DNA of 64,000 nt from a bacterium (lineage in GTDB: Bacteria; UBA8248), in contig CBDATS010000004.1 of the NCBI GenBank assembly GCA_965200245.1, positions 512,001 to 576,000 of the forward strand, written 5' to 3'. A program made the position numbers and the translations under genes. The notes beneath the pieces were generated by a model. It searched no databases and was not told the origin of the DNA. It saw nothing but the letters and a program-made list of their open reading frames with translations. Positions 49,676 to 59,727 of this stretch are shown piece after piece. Every line of letters begins with the position of its first letter. The stretch's first letter is position 1.

Positions 49676-50566
49676 ATGCGCACGAAGGCGGACGATCTCC
49701 TCGAAGGTGCCATCGACGTTCACGCTCACATCTTTCCTCAGGTATTCCTGGAAGAGCCCGGGCGCGTTTTGGACCACGAATGGGCCCAACTCGCGCGTGA
49801 CGTCGGTATGCGCGGCTTCGTCATGAAGAGTCACCTGTGGCCCACCATCGCGCAGGCGAGGATTCTGAACGAGGTATATCCGGGCGTCACGGCCTTCGGC
49901 GCCATTACCCTGAACGCCAACGTAGGCGGGCTTTCACCCTTCGCTGCGGAAAGCGCGGCGCGCCTGGGCGTGAAGGTCATCTGGATGCCCACCTACTCGG
50001 CGGCGAACGACATCACCGTGGGGGCCTACAGCAAACGCATCGCGGAGGCTTATCAGCAGCCCCCGCCTGCGCAGGGCCTGACCGTGCTGGATGAGAACGG
50101 CGCGGTGCGTCCCGAGGCGGACGCCATACTGGAAATCGCCCGTGACGCAGATGTAGCCGTGGCCACGGGGCATTTGTCCGCAGATGAGGGAGTCTCTCTG
50201 GCGAGGCGGGCGAAAGAAATCGGCGTGAAGAAATTCATTTTCACTCATCCGATCATCTTCATCATCAACGCGAGCGAGGGACAACTGCTTGAAGTAGCGG
50301 ACCTGGGCTACATCGTCGAGTTCACGTGGATATCGGCTTTTCCCATGTGGCGCGACCTCGACCCCGTGAAAGTTGCCGAAACGGCACGCGCCCTCGGCCC
50401 TGAACGATGCGTGATGAGCACCGACGCGCAACTGGACCTCAATCCCCCGCCAACGGAAATGTTGCGCATGTTCATCGCCACGATGCTTCGCCTGGGTTTC
50501 GAGGATGAGGATATCCGCTGGATGGTGCAGCGAAACCCCGCCCGCCTGATGGGCCTCGAAGAATAG
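49676..50566 (+). CDS. DUF6282-type amidohydrolase-fold protein
   Basis: GAIDVHAH, KSH, WMPT, ATGHLS, THP, STD. Confidence 0.8.
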   Translation: MRTKADDLLEGAIDVHAHIFPQVFLEEPGRVLDHEWAQLARDVGMRGFVMKSHLWPTIAQARILNEVYPGVTAFGAITLNANVGGLSPFAAESAARLGVKVIWMPTYSAANDITVGAYSKRIAEAYQQPPPAQGLTVLDENGAVRPEADAILEIARDADVAVATGHLSADEGVSLARRAKEIGVKKFIFTHPIIFIINASEGQLLEVADLGYIVEFTWISAFPMWRDLDPVKVAETARALGPERCVMSTDAQLDLNPPPTEMLRMFIATMLRLGFEDEDIRWMVQRNPARLMGLEE

Positions 50567-50965
50567 GAAACACGCGTGGTGCACCCCAATATACGACCTG
50601 GAGAGGTGTATTGCGCTTCGGTTCGCCCCGCTGAAGCGTATTCTTGACTCTCTGCGCAAATTTCCTGCACAACTTTTGGGAAAATACAAAATCAACAGCA
50701 GCACTCTTATCCATACTCAAGGAGAATTCAGGACAAAACGAAATCCAGGGAGGGAACTTGAGTCGATATCTCGCTATTCCGTCAGAAGATGCACGGATTC
50801 GACCATTTTTAATCAATCTGTCGTATCATTTAGACACGCTTGTCACAATGAACATTTATACTGGCGCGTGCAGTCATCGCGAAAAAACGCCGCGACAGTC
50901 AATCAATTCTCCGGCGAATCGAATACCGCAAGAGTCGGGGACACTACCAAAAAAGGAAAAACGCC

Positions 50966-51430
50966 ATGCGAAACCCCTGCAAATCGTTCATGATTCTCCT
51001 GGCGGCTTCCCTGCTTGTCCTCCTGTCCTCTCCCGTCAACGCTGCTGAACCGACCGTTATCACACTCACCCAGACGGGATGTCAGTTCACAGAGCCCGAG
51101 GGAAAGGACCACGGGTTCCAGACCAGGGGAGCGGCCGATTGCAAGACAATCAACGCCAAAAGCGGGGAAAAACGCCTCGCACAGGCCAGGACCATTACGC
51201 TCAAGCCGGGCAGATACATTTTTCGGGTGACGAACAAGAACGTGCCCTATGCGCTTGGCTTCTATCTCCGAGGTGCAGGCATCAGACGCCTTACGTTGCC
51301 GAAAGTTTCGGGTGGCGGTCTCGTGAAGGGGAAATCGAGGGATTACCACATCTCCCTGAAAGAGGGAGACTATCACTACTCGTGCCCCCTGAACCCGACA
51401 CCCGACTACAAGCTGAAGGTGACGAACTAG
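50966..51430 (+). CDS. secreted cupredoxin-like protein
   Basis: Signal peptide; LKPGRYIFRVTN; LKEGDYHYSCPLNPTPDY. Confidence 0.7.
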   Translation: MRNPCKSFMILLAASLLVLLSSPVNAAEPTVITLTQTGCQFTEPEGKDHGFQTRGAADCKTINAKSGEKRLAQARTITLKPGRYIFRVTNKNVPYALGFYLRGAGIRRLTLPKVSGGGLVKGKSRDYHISLKEGDYHYSCPLNPTPDYKLKVTN

Positions 51431-51727
51431 GTTTACACACAAGCGCGTGAACATGACTTTCGCGTTTACCCAGGATGCAAGGGGGTTTTGCGTGTGCACC
51501 TCCTCATGCGACGGCTAACTTTCTCATCCCGATATCCCGGGTAAATTTCAATACGGGAACTCTTGGGGCATCCGGATACCTTGAATTCTCCGTCTCTACC
51601 CACGAAGAAGCCGACTCCGAAAAACCCGGTTTCGCTGGCACATCACGCTCGCCTTATTCTATAATCACGCATTCGCAAGAATATGGCCGCGAACGATATA
51701 TCCATCTATGGAAAACCTGATGGAGAG

Positions 51728-52639
51728 ATGTTCTTGAACCTTCCATATCTCCCCATTGTCTGTGTTCTGGGATTCGGCATGGCGGGCAGGCCCATCGCCC
51801 GGGGACTGGCGGAGGCTGGCGTGGCCGAGGTACGCGTATGGAAAAGGCCGCCCTGGCGGGCGGAGCATCTCGACGCCTCCGATCATCCGACCATCCAGAT
51901 GACGGAGTCCATACAAGAAGCTCTTGAGGGAGTTGACCTTGTTTTCTCGCTCGTCACGCCGGAAAGTGCGCTGGATACAGCGCGCGGCGCCTCCGCTTAT
52001 ATCCGGGATGCCGTGTACCTGGATTTGAACACCACGACGCCCGAAGCGAAAAAAGAGATTGGCCGTGTCATTGAGGAGGGCGGAGGTATGCCGGTCGACG
52101 GGGCGATCTGCGACCCTGCGGAGGTCTATGGTCACAAGGTCGTCACGTTGATCTCGGGAGCCGAAGCCAAACCCCTGAGCGAGGCCATGGCGCGCTACGG
52201 GATGCAGCTTGAGGTGCTCGGCGAACACGTGGGGGACGCCTCCGCACTCAAGGTCGTGCGCAGCGTGTTTACCAAAGGCTTGATGATGACTTTTCTGGAA
52301 TCTATCGAGGCGGCGAGGCGCTGTGGCCTCGTGGAGGAGTTGCTCGAATCCATCGCTGGCACCGTGGAGGGGCTTCCCCTGCGGGATCTCGCCCTGAGCC
52401 TGGCGGGCACGAGCCTGATCGTCGCCGAAAGACGCGCGCAGGAGATGGAAGATGTCGTCTCGACACTCGAGTCCCTGGGGGTGGAATCGCACATCAGCAC
52501 CGCCTCGCTCGAAAAATTCCGCTGGATCGGGGGTTTCGATTTCCACGAAGCACTTGAGGGGGTGCCACCCGAGTCGATAGAAGCCATGCTTCGTGCGCTC
52601 GGAAAAATCTTCGACACCTCGCCGAGACAAACAGATTGA
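51728..52639 (+). CDS. NAD(P)-dependent oxidoreductase, 6PGD/3-hydroxyisobutyrate dehydrogenase-like (DUF1932)
   Basis: LGFGMAG, DLNTTTP..K, GDASALKVVRS, RRAQEM. Confidence 0.85.
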   Translation: MFLNLPYLPIVCVLGFGMAGRPIARGLAEAGVAEVRVWKRPPWRAEHLDASDHPTIQMTESIQEALEGVDLVFSLVTPESALDTARGASAYIRDAVYLDLNTTTPEAKKEIGRVIEEGGGMPVDGAICDPAEVYGHKVVTLISGAEAKPLSEAMARYGMQLEVLGEHVGDASALKVVRSVFTKGLMMTFLESIEAARRCGLVEELLESIAGTVEGLPLRDLALSLAGTSLIVAERRAQEMEDVVSTLESLGVESHISTASLEKFRWIGGFDFHEALEGVPPESIEAMLRALGKIFDTSPRQTD

Positions 52640-52837
52640 GAATCCCCTCGCCCGTACAGGAAAGAATCTCGATTTTGTGCGTTTCTACCCTTGATTTTCT
52701 GAAGCGCCATTTGATAGCATCGTCCTGCGCTTGGGCTATCCAGGTGAGTTCGAGTTCAACAAACGTGAATCGCCAGGGGATAGTTCCCTCGGGGTTCCAA
52801 TCGTAAAAATTTCATCATCTGTAGGAGGAAATCATCC

Positions 52838-53149
52838 ATGACATTTGTCATCGGGGAAAAATGCCTGGGCGAGCGATATGCGACGTGTGTGAGTGTCTGT
52901 CCCGTGGATTGCATGCACCCAGGCGACTACAAGGGGGAACCCTTCCTGATTATCGACCCCGAGGAGTGCATCGACTGCGGCGTCTGCCAGCCGGAATGCC
53001 CGATTGACGCCATTCTGGAGAGCGAAGACGACGATCCCGTATGGGCGGAAATCAACGCGGAACTCGCCGAGGAATTCAAGAATAACGAGCCGGTGGAACC
53101 GCGTCCGGCGAACGATCCACCGCACAAGCCGGGCAATGTCCTTCGTTAA
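52838..53149 (+). CDS. 7Fe ([3Fe-4S]/[4Fe-4S]) ferredoxin
   Basis: C-x7-CVSVCPVDC and CIDCGVCQPECP; AGGAGG RBS. Confidence 0.92.
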   Translation: MTFVIGEKCLGERYATCVSVCPVDCMHPGDYKGEPFLIIDPEECIDCGVCQPECPIDAILESEDDDPVWAEINAELAEEFKNNEPVEPRPANDPPHKPGNVLR

Positions 53150-53168
53150 CTCCACTCCGCTGTTTCAC

Positions 53169-53201
53169 ACACCGCGGTCTCCCGGATCGCGGTGTTTTTT
53201 T
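53169..53201 (+). terminator. intrinsic terminator after ferredoxin
   Basis: ACACCGCGGTCT-CCC-GGATCGCGGTGT hairpin followed by a T run. Confidence 0.85.
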
Positions 53202-53322
53202 GTTTGCGCCCACGCACTTTTACAATCCCATGTCCCGCCCCTATAATGCCGCCATCATTATGATTCATTTCTTTGGAACACAGTTGCAAGCGGACTCATA
53301 ACGCCTGTTTTCAGGGAATTTC

Positions 53323-53994
53323 ATGGCGTCGAAACTATCTATTCGGGGTCTCCAGAAAATGTTTTCGGTGAACGAGGGATTCGGCAGCGTTCGCGAAATC
53401 CGCGCCATCGACAACATTGACATCGAAGTGCAGGACAACGAATTCGTCTGCATCATCGGCCCGAGCGGATGCGGGAAATCCACCATGCCGATGATTCTGG
53501 CTGGTCTCTATCCCAAATCGACCGGCGAGATCATGCTTGATGGGCAACCCCTCTCCGGGCCGGGCTTGAACCGGGGTGTCGTGTTTCAGGATTTCGCCCT
53601 GTTCCTTTGGCAGGACGTACGCACCAACATCCTCTGCGGAGTGAGGCAGAAGGGAATCCCCAAAAGTGAGTGCGAGAAAATTGCGGGTCACTACATCCAT
53701 CTCATGTCCCTCCAGGGGTTCGATAAAACCTTCCCCAACCGCCTCTCGGGTGGCATGCACCAACGCGTGGTCATCGTCCGCGCCTGGCGGGTGTTGCTGG
53801 CGGGCGAACTGCGCGCCTCGCCGGAACTGGGCTTGGGCGTCCGCATATTCGACGCTCAGGAAACGCTGAACAGCGCCGTGATCCATGGCGGCATTATCAT
53901 TATCGGTTTTCTGGGCTTCACGGTGGAGCGCCTCGTCCTGCGCTCACTCGAAGTCGCCATTGTCCAGAAATGGGGAATGCTGAGGGAACTATGA
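53323..53994 (+). pseudogene. deletion fusion of a TauB/SsuB-type ABC ATPase N-half with a permease C-terminus
   Basis: GPSGCGKST and LSGGMHQR, no Walker B; continues WRVLLAGE..GLG..IFDAQE...KWGM (permease end). Confidence 0.8.
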
Positions 53995-54971
53995 TTCTGA
54001 GTCCACCCGCAAAAGACGGACCGCTCATTGCTGTCGCCGGAACCCGTTTCGGTCCTCCCACGATCGAGGAAGAGGTACTCTCGCCTCTGGGTCCTCGACT
54101 AGGTCTGGGCATGGGAGCGGACACCGAATCACTCGTCGAACTCTGCTCGGAGGTGGAGGGCGTAATCATCGGCGCCGCTCCCAAATTCACGGCGGAAGTT
54201 ATCGCCCAGCTCGAACGCTGCAAGATTATCGCGCGCGGCGGTGTTGGCGTGGACAACATCGACCTCGAAGCCGCAAGAGCGAATGGCATCCAGGTCACTT
54301 ATGTGCCCGATTACTGCGTCGATGAGGTATCGGACCACGCCATGGCGTTCATCCTCTACTTCGCCAGAAAAATCGAGGCGGGAATCGCGGAAGTTGAAAA
54401 AGGCGGCTGGGGAATTGCCCCCCTAAGACCAATCGCACCGCTTCGGGGCGCGACGCTGGGCGTGGTGGGAATCGGTAGAATCGGCGCAGCCCTGGCGGAT
54501 AAAGCACGCGCCTTCGGTATGCGGATCATCGCGAACGACCCATTCGCGCCCGAATCCGTTTTCGAGAATCTGGGAGCCGAGAAAGTCGTGCTCACACGAA
54601 TCTGGGATGAATCCGACTACATATCCCTTCACGTGCCCCTGATGCACGAGACGAGAGGTATCGTGAACGTCGAGGCGTTGGAGCGCATGAAGTCGGACGC
54701 CGTTTTGATCAACGTGGCGCGCGGCGAACTCGTGGATGAAGGGGCGCTCGCCGCCGCCCTCAGGAAAAACGACATCCGGGGCGCGGGTCTTGACGTGCTC
54801 AAACAGGAACCTCCGCCGCCGGATCATCCCCTGCTCGGACTGCCCAACTGTCGCGTCACGCCGCACAGCGCCTGGTACAGTACGGCCGCTCTCGAAGATA
54901 TGAGGCGAAAGGCGGCTATGGACGTGTTGCGTGTCCTGCGGGGGGAGGATCCGCTCTACCCCGCTCAATAG
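53991..54971 (+). CDS. D-2-hydroxyacid dehydrogenase (CtBP/SerA-like)
   Basis: GVGVDNID, VPDYC..EV.DHA, GIGRIG, NVARG, TPHSAWYS. Confidence 0.9.
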   Translation: MILSPPAKDGPLIAVAGTRFGPPTIEEEVLSPLGPRLGLGMGADTESLVELCSEVEGVIIGAAPKFTAEVIAQLERCKIIARGGVGVDNIDLEAARANGIQVTYVPDYCVDEVSDHAMAFILYFARKIEAGIAEVEKGGWGIAPLRPIAPLRGATLGVVGIGRIGAALADKARAFGMRIIANDPFAPESVFENLGAEKVVLTRIWDESDYISLHVPLMHETRGIVNVEALERMKSDAVLINVARGELVDEGALAAALRKNDIRGAGLDVLKQEPPPPDHPLLGLPNCRVTPHSAWYSTAALEDMRRKAAMDVLRVLRGEDPLYPAQ

Positions 54972-54997
54972 CACAACCTGCCAGTATGGTGAACGCG

Positions 54998-55846
54998 TTA
55001 CTTCTCGATTGGAAAACCGACGATGCTCCCCCACTCGGTCCATGAGCCATCGTAAATTTTCAGGTTTTCATAGCCCAGCAGGTACCGCATGGCGAACCAG
55101 ACCAGACTGGCCCGGTGGCTTAGCCGTCAGTAGAGGACGAGTTCTATCTCGTCATCGGGCGCGACGCCCACGCCGTCGAGGATTCGGGCCAGTTCTTCCC
55201 TGTCCTTGAACGTGTCGTCTTCGTTCAACAATTCCCGGAAGAAAAGATGAGCCGCCCCGGGTATGCGTCCCGCGCGTTCGGCCCCGTGGTCGAAACCGGG
55301 GGGCGGCATCACTCGCTCGCCCCTGTATTCCTCGGGCGAGCGAACGTCGATCAGCACCCTGCCCGGCTTCCCGAGCCCGTCGCGAATTTCGTCCCTGCCC
55401 ATGCTGAGGATATCTCCCCCATCCGGAGCGGGGTGAACGACGGCGTCGGCATTCGGCGTCTCACTCGAGACGGACACTCCGTCAACCATCCACTTTTTCT
55501 TCGAACCATCGAGTAGTTTCAGGTTCGAAAAACCCGCTATCTTGAGCACCCAGAAGGCATAGGTCCCAAACTGCACCGGCTCGCCGTACAGGACGATTTC
55601 ATCATCCGGTCCGATTCCCATTTTGCCCAGACGCCCGGCCAGCGCTTCGGACGTTGCGAACATGCGGTCCGTCTCGTGCCAGAGCGCTCCTTTCCAGAAC
55701 CACCAGTGCGCACCTGGAATGTGGGCCTCACGATAGGAGGCGTCGTCGCTGGCGGATGATACCTCGATAACGTGGAGATCTGGATTTCCGAGGTTTTCAG
55801 CGAGCCACGCCGATGAAACGAGCGCGGAGTTTTCGGCTTGCGTCAT
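54998..55846 (-). CDS. tandem-domain rhodanese/sulfurtransferase (SseA/CysA-like) with probable selenocysteine (UGA at 55127-55129), 282 aa
   Basis: HIPGA...DVRSPEEYRGE..GRIPGA..LVLY-U-RLSHRASLVWF...YDGSWTEWGSIVGFPIEK*; the rhodanese C-terminal signature lies after the UGA. Confidence 0.9.
55097..55115 (-). promoter_or_regulatory. putative bacterial SECIS element (sulfurtransferase)
   Basis: CCGGGCCA-GUC-UGGUCUGG 8-bp hairpin starting 11 nt after the UGA. Confidence 0.7.
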
Positions 55847-55912
55847 GTCTCATACCCTCATAGTCAGAAAACGAACCTGCAAATCGCGTCAGTGAAATCG
55901 TTTCGGGAAACA

Positions 55913-57337
55913 TCACCCACCGAACATCGGGGGCTTCCTGTTCTGGATATCCTGCGTGGCCTGTTCGAACGCATGGGACGCCTGCAGCACGCGGGCTTCC
56001 TCCCAAGGCGGTCCCACGATCTGCACCGACACGGGCAGGCTATCCGCGCTGAAACCCGAAGGCGCCGACATGACGGGGAAACCGAACAGGTTGTAGGGGC
56101 CGGACTGGGGCCTGCCGAGTCCCGTATAGGGAATTTCCACTCCATTCACGACGCCCATCGTCGTCGCAATCGGCGCGGCAGGACAAGGATAGCCCGGTGC
56201 CAGGAGAAGGTCGATCTCGTCGAACACCTTCTCCATCTCCCGCGTTAATGTGCGCCGGTCTCTCATCGCGTGCGCATACTCGTCCAGCGTCACGCGGCTC
56301 GATACCTCCAGGCGCTCGCGGACATCGTCGCCGAACTTTTCGGGATGAGATGCGAGCCGATCGCGGTGAACCACTGCCAGTTCGGCCGCCGCAATGATGC
56401 GCCGTACCTCTCTCATCCTTTCCGTGTGGGGGTAGCGCACATGTACGATAACACCTCCCAAAGACTTTATGGTCTCTATCACGAACTCGAAACCCCTTTG
56501 CACCGATTCGTCGTTCTCATCGAGGTATAAATCCTCACAAACCCCGAACCGCATTCCATCGATGCTTTTCCCTATCTGGGCGCAGAAATCGGGAGCTTCC
56601 CGATTCTCGGAACCGGGATCCGCCATGTCGTAGCCCGCCATGGCCTGGAGTATCAAGCCGCAATCGCGCGCTGTCCTCGCAAGCGGGCCGGCATGATCGA
56701 GACTTGGAGCGTTCGGGAAAACGCCACGAAGGCTCACGCGCCCATAAGTGGGTTTCAGACCCATGACCCCGCATGCGCTCGCGGGTCCCCGCACGGAGCC
56801 ACCCGTGTCGGTTCCTACGGTGCCGGGACACATGAACGCCGCCACCGCCGCACCCGAACCGCCGCTTGAGCCACCCGATACCCGCTCGGTGTCCCAAGGA
56901 TTGCGGCATGGACCGTAGTGGAGGTTCACCGTGGTGGAACCCGCCGCGAACTCATGCGTGTTGCATTTCCCGATGATGACGGCGCCCGCCTCCTTGAGCT
57001 TTCTCACGCACTCCGCATCTGCCTCCGGGACGTTATCCGGGAAAAAGCTCGACCCCTGCGTCGTAAGCACGTCCGCGGTATCGATGATGTCCTTGATGCC
57101 GACGGGCACTCCGTGAAGAGGACTGCGGTAGTGGCCACCCTGAATCTCGTTCTCCGCCTTTGCCGCGTCCCTGCGAGCCTCGTCCGCGCATACGGTGATA
57201 AAGGCGTTGAGTTCGGGGTTGTGCGCCTCGATGTGGCGCAAATGCGCGTCCACGACCTCGCGCGGGGAAACCTCCCTGCTTTCGATATGCCCGGCGAGTT
57301 CGTGAAGTGAGAGAAAAATCAGTCCATTGACGCTCAT
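55913..57337 (-). CDS. amidase signature family enzyme
   Basis: LHGVPVGIKD, GGSSGGS, GTDTGGSVRGPA. Confidence 0.93.
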   Translation of the reverse strand: MSVNGLIFLSLHELAGHIESREVSPREVVDAHLRHIEAHNPELNAFITVCADEARRDAAKAENEIQGGHYRSPLHGVPVGIKDIIDTADVLTTQGSSFFPDNVPEADAECVRKLKEAGAVIIGKCNTHEFAAGSTTVNLHYGPCRNPWDTERVSGGSSGGSGAAVAAFMCPGTVGTDTGGSVRGPASACGVMGLKPTYGRVSLRGVFPNAPSLDHAGPLARTARDCGLILQAMAGYDMADPGSENREAPDFCAQIGKSIDGMRFGVCEDLYLDENDESVQRGFEFVIETIKSLGGVIVHVRYPHTERMREVRRIIAAAELAVVHRDRLASHPEKFGDDVRERLEVSSRVTLDEYAHAMRDRRTLTREMEKVFDEIDLLLAPGYPCPAAPIATTMGVVNGVEIPYTGLGRPQSGPYNLFGFPVMSAPSGFSADSLPVSVQIVGPPWEEARVLQASHAFEQATQDIQNRKPPMFGG

Positions 57338-57608
57338 TTTCACCTCCATTCCACATGTGTGATTTTCATTCTGCTTCCACCTGTTTGATGAAATACTACC
57401 ATACCACGATGCGCCTGTTTTCACCTTACGCGATGTGAGTATATTCGCGCATCGTCACTGCTCCCGGTTGGACATTCGGCCCTCTTTCCGTAAGACGAAT
57501 CCCGCGAAAGAAACACATACGCGATTGATATTTCCACGCCGCTCATGTGGAATGTTCTCTGCGTGCCACGGAAGCCCCGGAACGGCAACGAAACAGTGGA
57601 GACCCCGG

Positions 57609-58760
57609 ATGAATCACGACACCTTCGACGCTCTGGTTATCGGCAGCGGCATCAATGGACTTTGCGCGCTTTATCATCTGAATCGCCTGGGGGCCGGGCG
57701 CGTCGGTCTGGTGGAGCGATTTTATGTCGGGCATGACAGGGGCAGTTCGCACGGTGCCGCCCGTGTCACGCGAAGTGCCTATATAGCACCCGAATACGTG
57801 CGCCTGATGCAGTGGGTGCACGCCGAAGAATGGCCCAGACTTGAAAGGGACTTGCGCAAAAAACTCGTCTATCCCAACCCCGGCATTTTTACCGGCCCGC
57901 CCAGTGATCGTTTCGAACGCTACATCAACGCAGTTTCCCAGGAAGGTGTGGACGTCGATCTCCTCTCGGCGGGTGAAGCGCGGAAGCGATTTCCCCAGTT
58001 CACGTTTGAAAACGCCGAGAACGCACTGATGGACAGGACGGGAGGCTACATCTCCTCCAGGGAGGCTATCGACTCACTCGCCGCGTTTGCGCGTGAGAAC
58101 AACCTGAGTATCCATGAGAACACAATTGTCTACGAAATCGACACCACGACCGACCCTGTGCGTCTTGAAACGAGCGGGGGGCCTCTCGAAGCAGAACGCC
58201 TGGTCGTCACGGCGGGGGCGTGGGCGCGGGATTTGCTGCCCTTTCTCAACCCGAAGCTCAACGTCGCCCGCCAGACGGTGGGATACTTCACGCCCGAGGA
58301 TGATCCGGACGCCTACCGACCCGGCCGTTTTCCCGTATGGGTGTACATGGAACAGGACGAGAACCAGCTTTTCTACGGAATGCCGGAATTCGGCCGCATC
58401 GGCATCAAGGTGGGCCACCACATTCGGGTCGGGGTGGATGACGATCCGGACGATCCGCCTGATTCCATCGAGCAGGAGAAGATAGACGATCTGGAGTGTT
58501 TCCTGCCGACTTTCTTCTCCTGCAGGAACTGGAAGCTCGCGAGTGCGGAACAATGCCTCTACACCAACGCGCCGAACGAGGATTTCATCATCGACCTACA
58601 TCCCGAGAACCCGCGCATCGCCTTCGGAGCCGGTTTCTCGGGCCACGGATTCAAGTTCGGTCCTCTCACGGGGAGGATCCTGGCAGAACTCGCCTGGGAG
58701 GGAAAAACGTCCATACCCGATGCCGACATGGCGAGACAACTATTCTCACTCAAAAAATAG
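57609..58760 (+). CDS. solA: N-methyl-L-tryptophan oxidase / monomeric sarcosine oxidase-like flavoprotein
   Basis: GSGING, GSSHGAAR, CLYT (covalent-FAD Cys), FSGHGFKFG. Confidence 0.85.
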   Translation: MNHDTFDALVIGSGINGLCALYHLNRLGAGRVGLVERFYVGHDRGSSHGAARVTRSAYIAPEYVRLMQWVHAEEWPRLERDLRKKLVYPNPGIFTGPPSDRFERYINAVSQEGVDVDLLSAGEARKRFPQFTFENAENALMDRTGGYISSREAIDSLAAFARENNLSIHENTIVYEIDTTTDPVRLETSGGPLEAERLVVTAGAWARDLLPFLNPKLNVARQTVGYFTPEDDPDAYRPGRFPVWVYMEQDENQLFYGMPEFGRIGIKVGHHIRVGVDDDPDDPPDSIEQEKIDDLECFLPTFFSCRNWKLASAEQCLYTNAPNEDFIIDLHPENPRIAFGAGFSGHGFKFGPLTGRILAELAWEGKTSIPDADMARQLFSLKK

Positions 58761-58771
58761 GGAGTATTTCG

Positions 58772-58800
58772 GGAATTACATACTTGAATCCGCAAGTCTG
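58772..58800 (+). repeat. 29-bp inverted repeat, left arm
   Basis: GGAATTACATACTTGAATCCGCAAGTCTG, perfect reverse complement of 59699-59727. Confidence 0.9.
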
Positions 58801-59201
58801 AATATCCTGATTTTGCGTTTTCCGGGTGTATCTTTTCAGGTCACAGGCGGAATTGCTGTCAGAACCGGTGCATGCGCCGCCTTCTTCCATTCAGCCGATA
58901 CACCGGAACTGACAGTAATTCGAAAGTGGGCACTTTCGTATATGATTTCCCTTGTTGATACCAACCGTGATCGTCAAGGGACGCAGCCGTGATACGGACT
59001 GGTTTTACCTCACCCGGGAGGAATGATCTGCTGTCCGCCAGGCACACGACCGCTGGCTCGCGCCGGACAGTTTCGACGCCACGGGCCGCCAGAAATGCCC
59101 GCCAGGCACCCTCACCCGCGCGCTTTGGTGAAAAGGCCTGTTCCCTCCGGACGATCAGCTGTCGTTCGGGGAAGAAAATCGTGACACCCCAATCTCCCTA
59201 A

Positions 59202-59461
59202 TTATGAGCCATAATAGGGATTATCATACAATCCGCCTTGAACAGACGCTGTTCCGTGGTGAGCCGGGGCGAAGACGGAAGGACGAGATAGCAGTTCTCG
59301 GCGTCGTCCTCCATCACATGCAGGTTGAAAGTCTCCGGCACCGAGATTCCGAACTCCTCGGATACCACGGCCCTCGGCTCGGAGATCAGACGGGTACGGA
59401 ACTCTTCACTGTCGCCTGCCTTCTCGATCAGGTGCTCGCGCATCTCGGAAATAGATTTCAT
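59202..59461 (-). pseudogene. NHLP-leader RiPP precursor, frameshifted before the GG site (core LYDNPYYGS)
   Basis: AGGAG RBS; LIEKAGDSEEFRTRLISEPRAVVSEEFGISVP..FNLHVMED....YLVLP...LTTEQ; shifted frame SVQGG-LYDNPYYGS*. Confidence 0.8.
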
Positions 59462-59698
59462 TCCGGTCTCCTTATCCTGAAAAAATGAGTATGGTTTGGT
59501 ACCCTGATACTTTCGTTTTTTTGCATCGTCATCATGAACAGGGTATGGGATGTTCCGATGGGAAAGCAGGAAATTTTTCGATGGTTTTCCCGTTTTTCTG
59601 TTGGGGAACAGGCTTTCTCCCGGAAGCCCGTCCGTATGCCCCCTGTTCTCCCGGGAAACCGGCGGCCGAAGGCTCCGTTTTTCCAAAATTCAGGGAGC

Positions 59699-59727
59699 CA
59701 GACTTGCGGATTCAAGTATGTAATTCC
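59699..59727 (-). repeat. 29-bp inverted repeat, right arm
   Basis: CAGACTTGCGGATTCAAGTATGTAATTCC. Confidence 0.9.
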
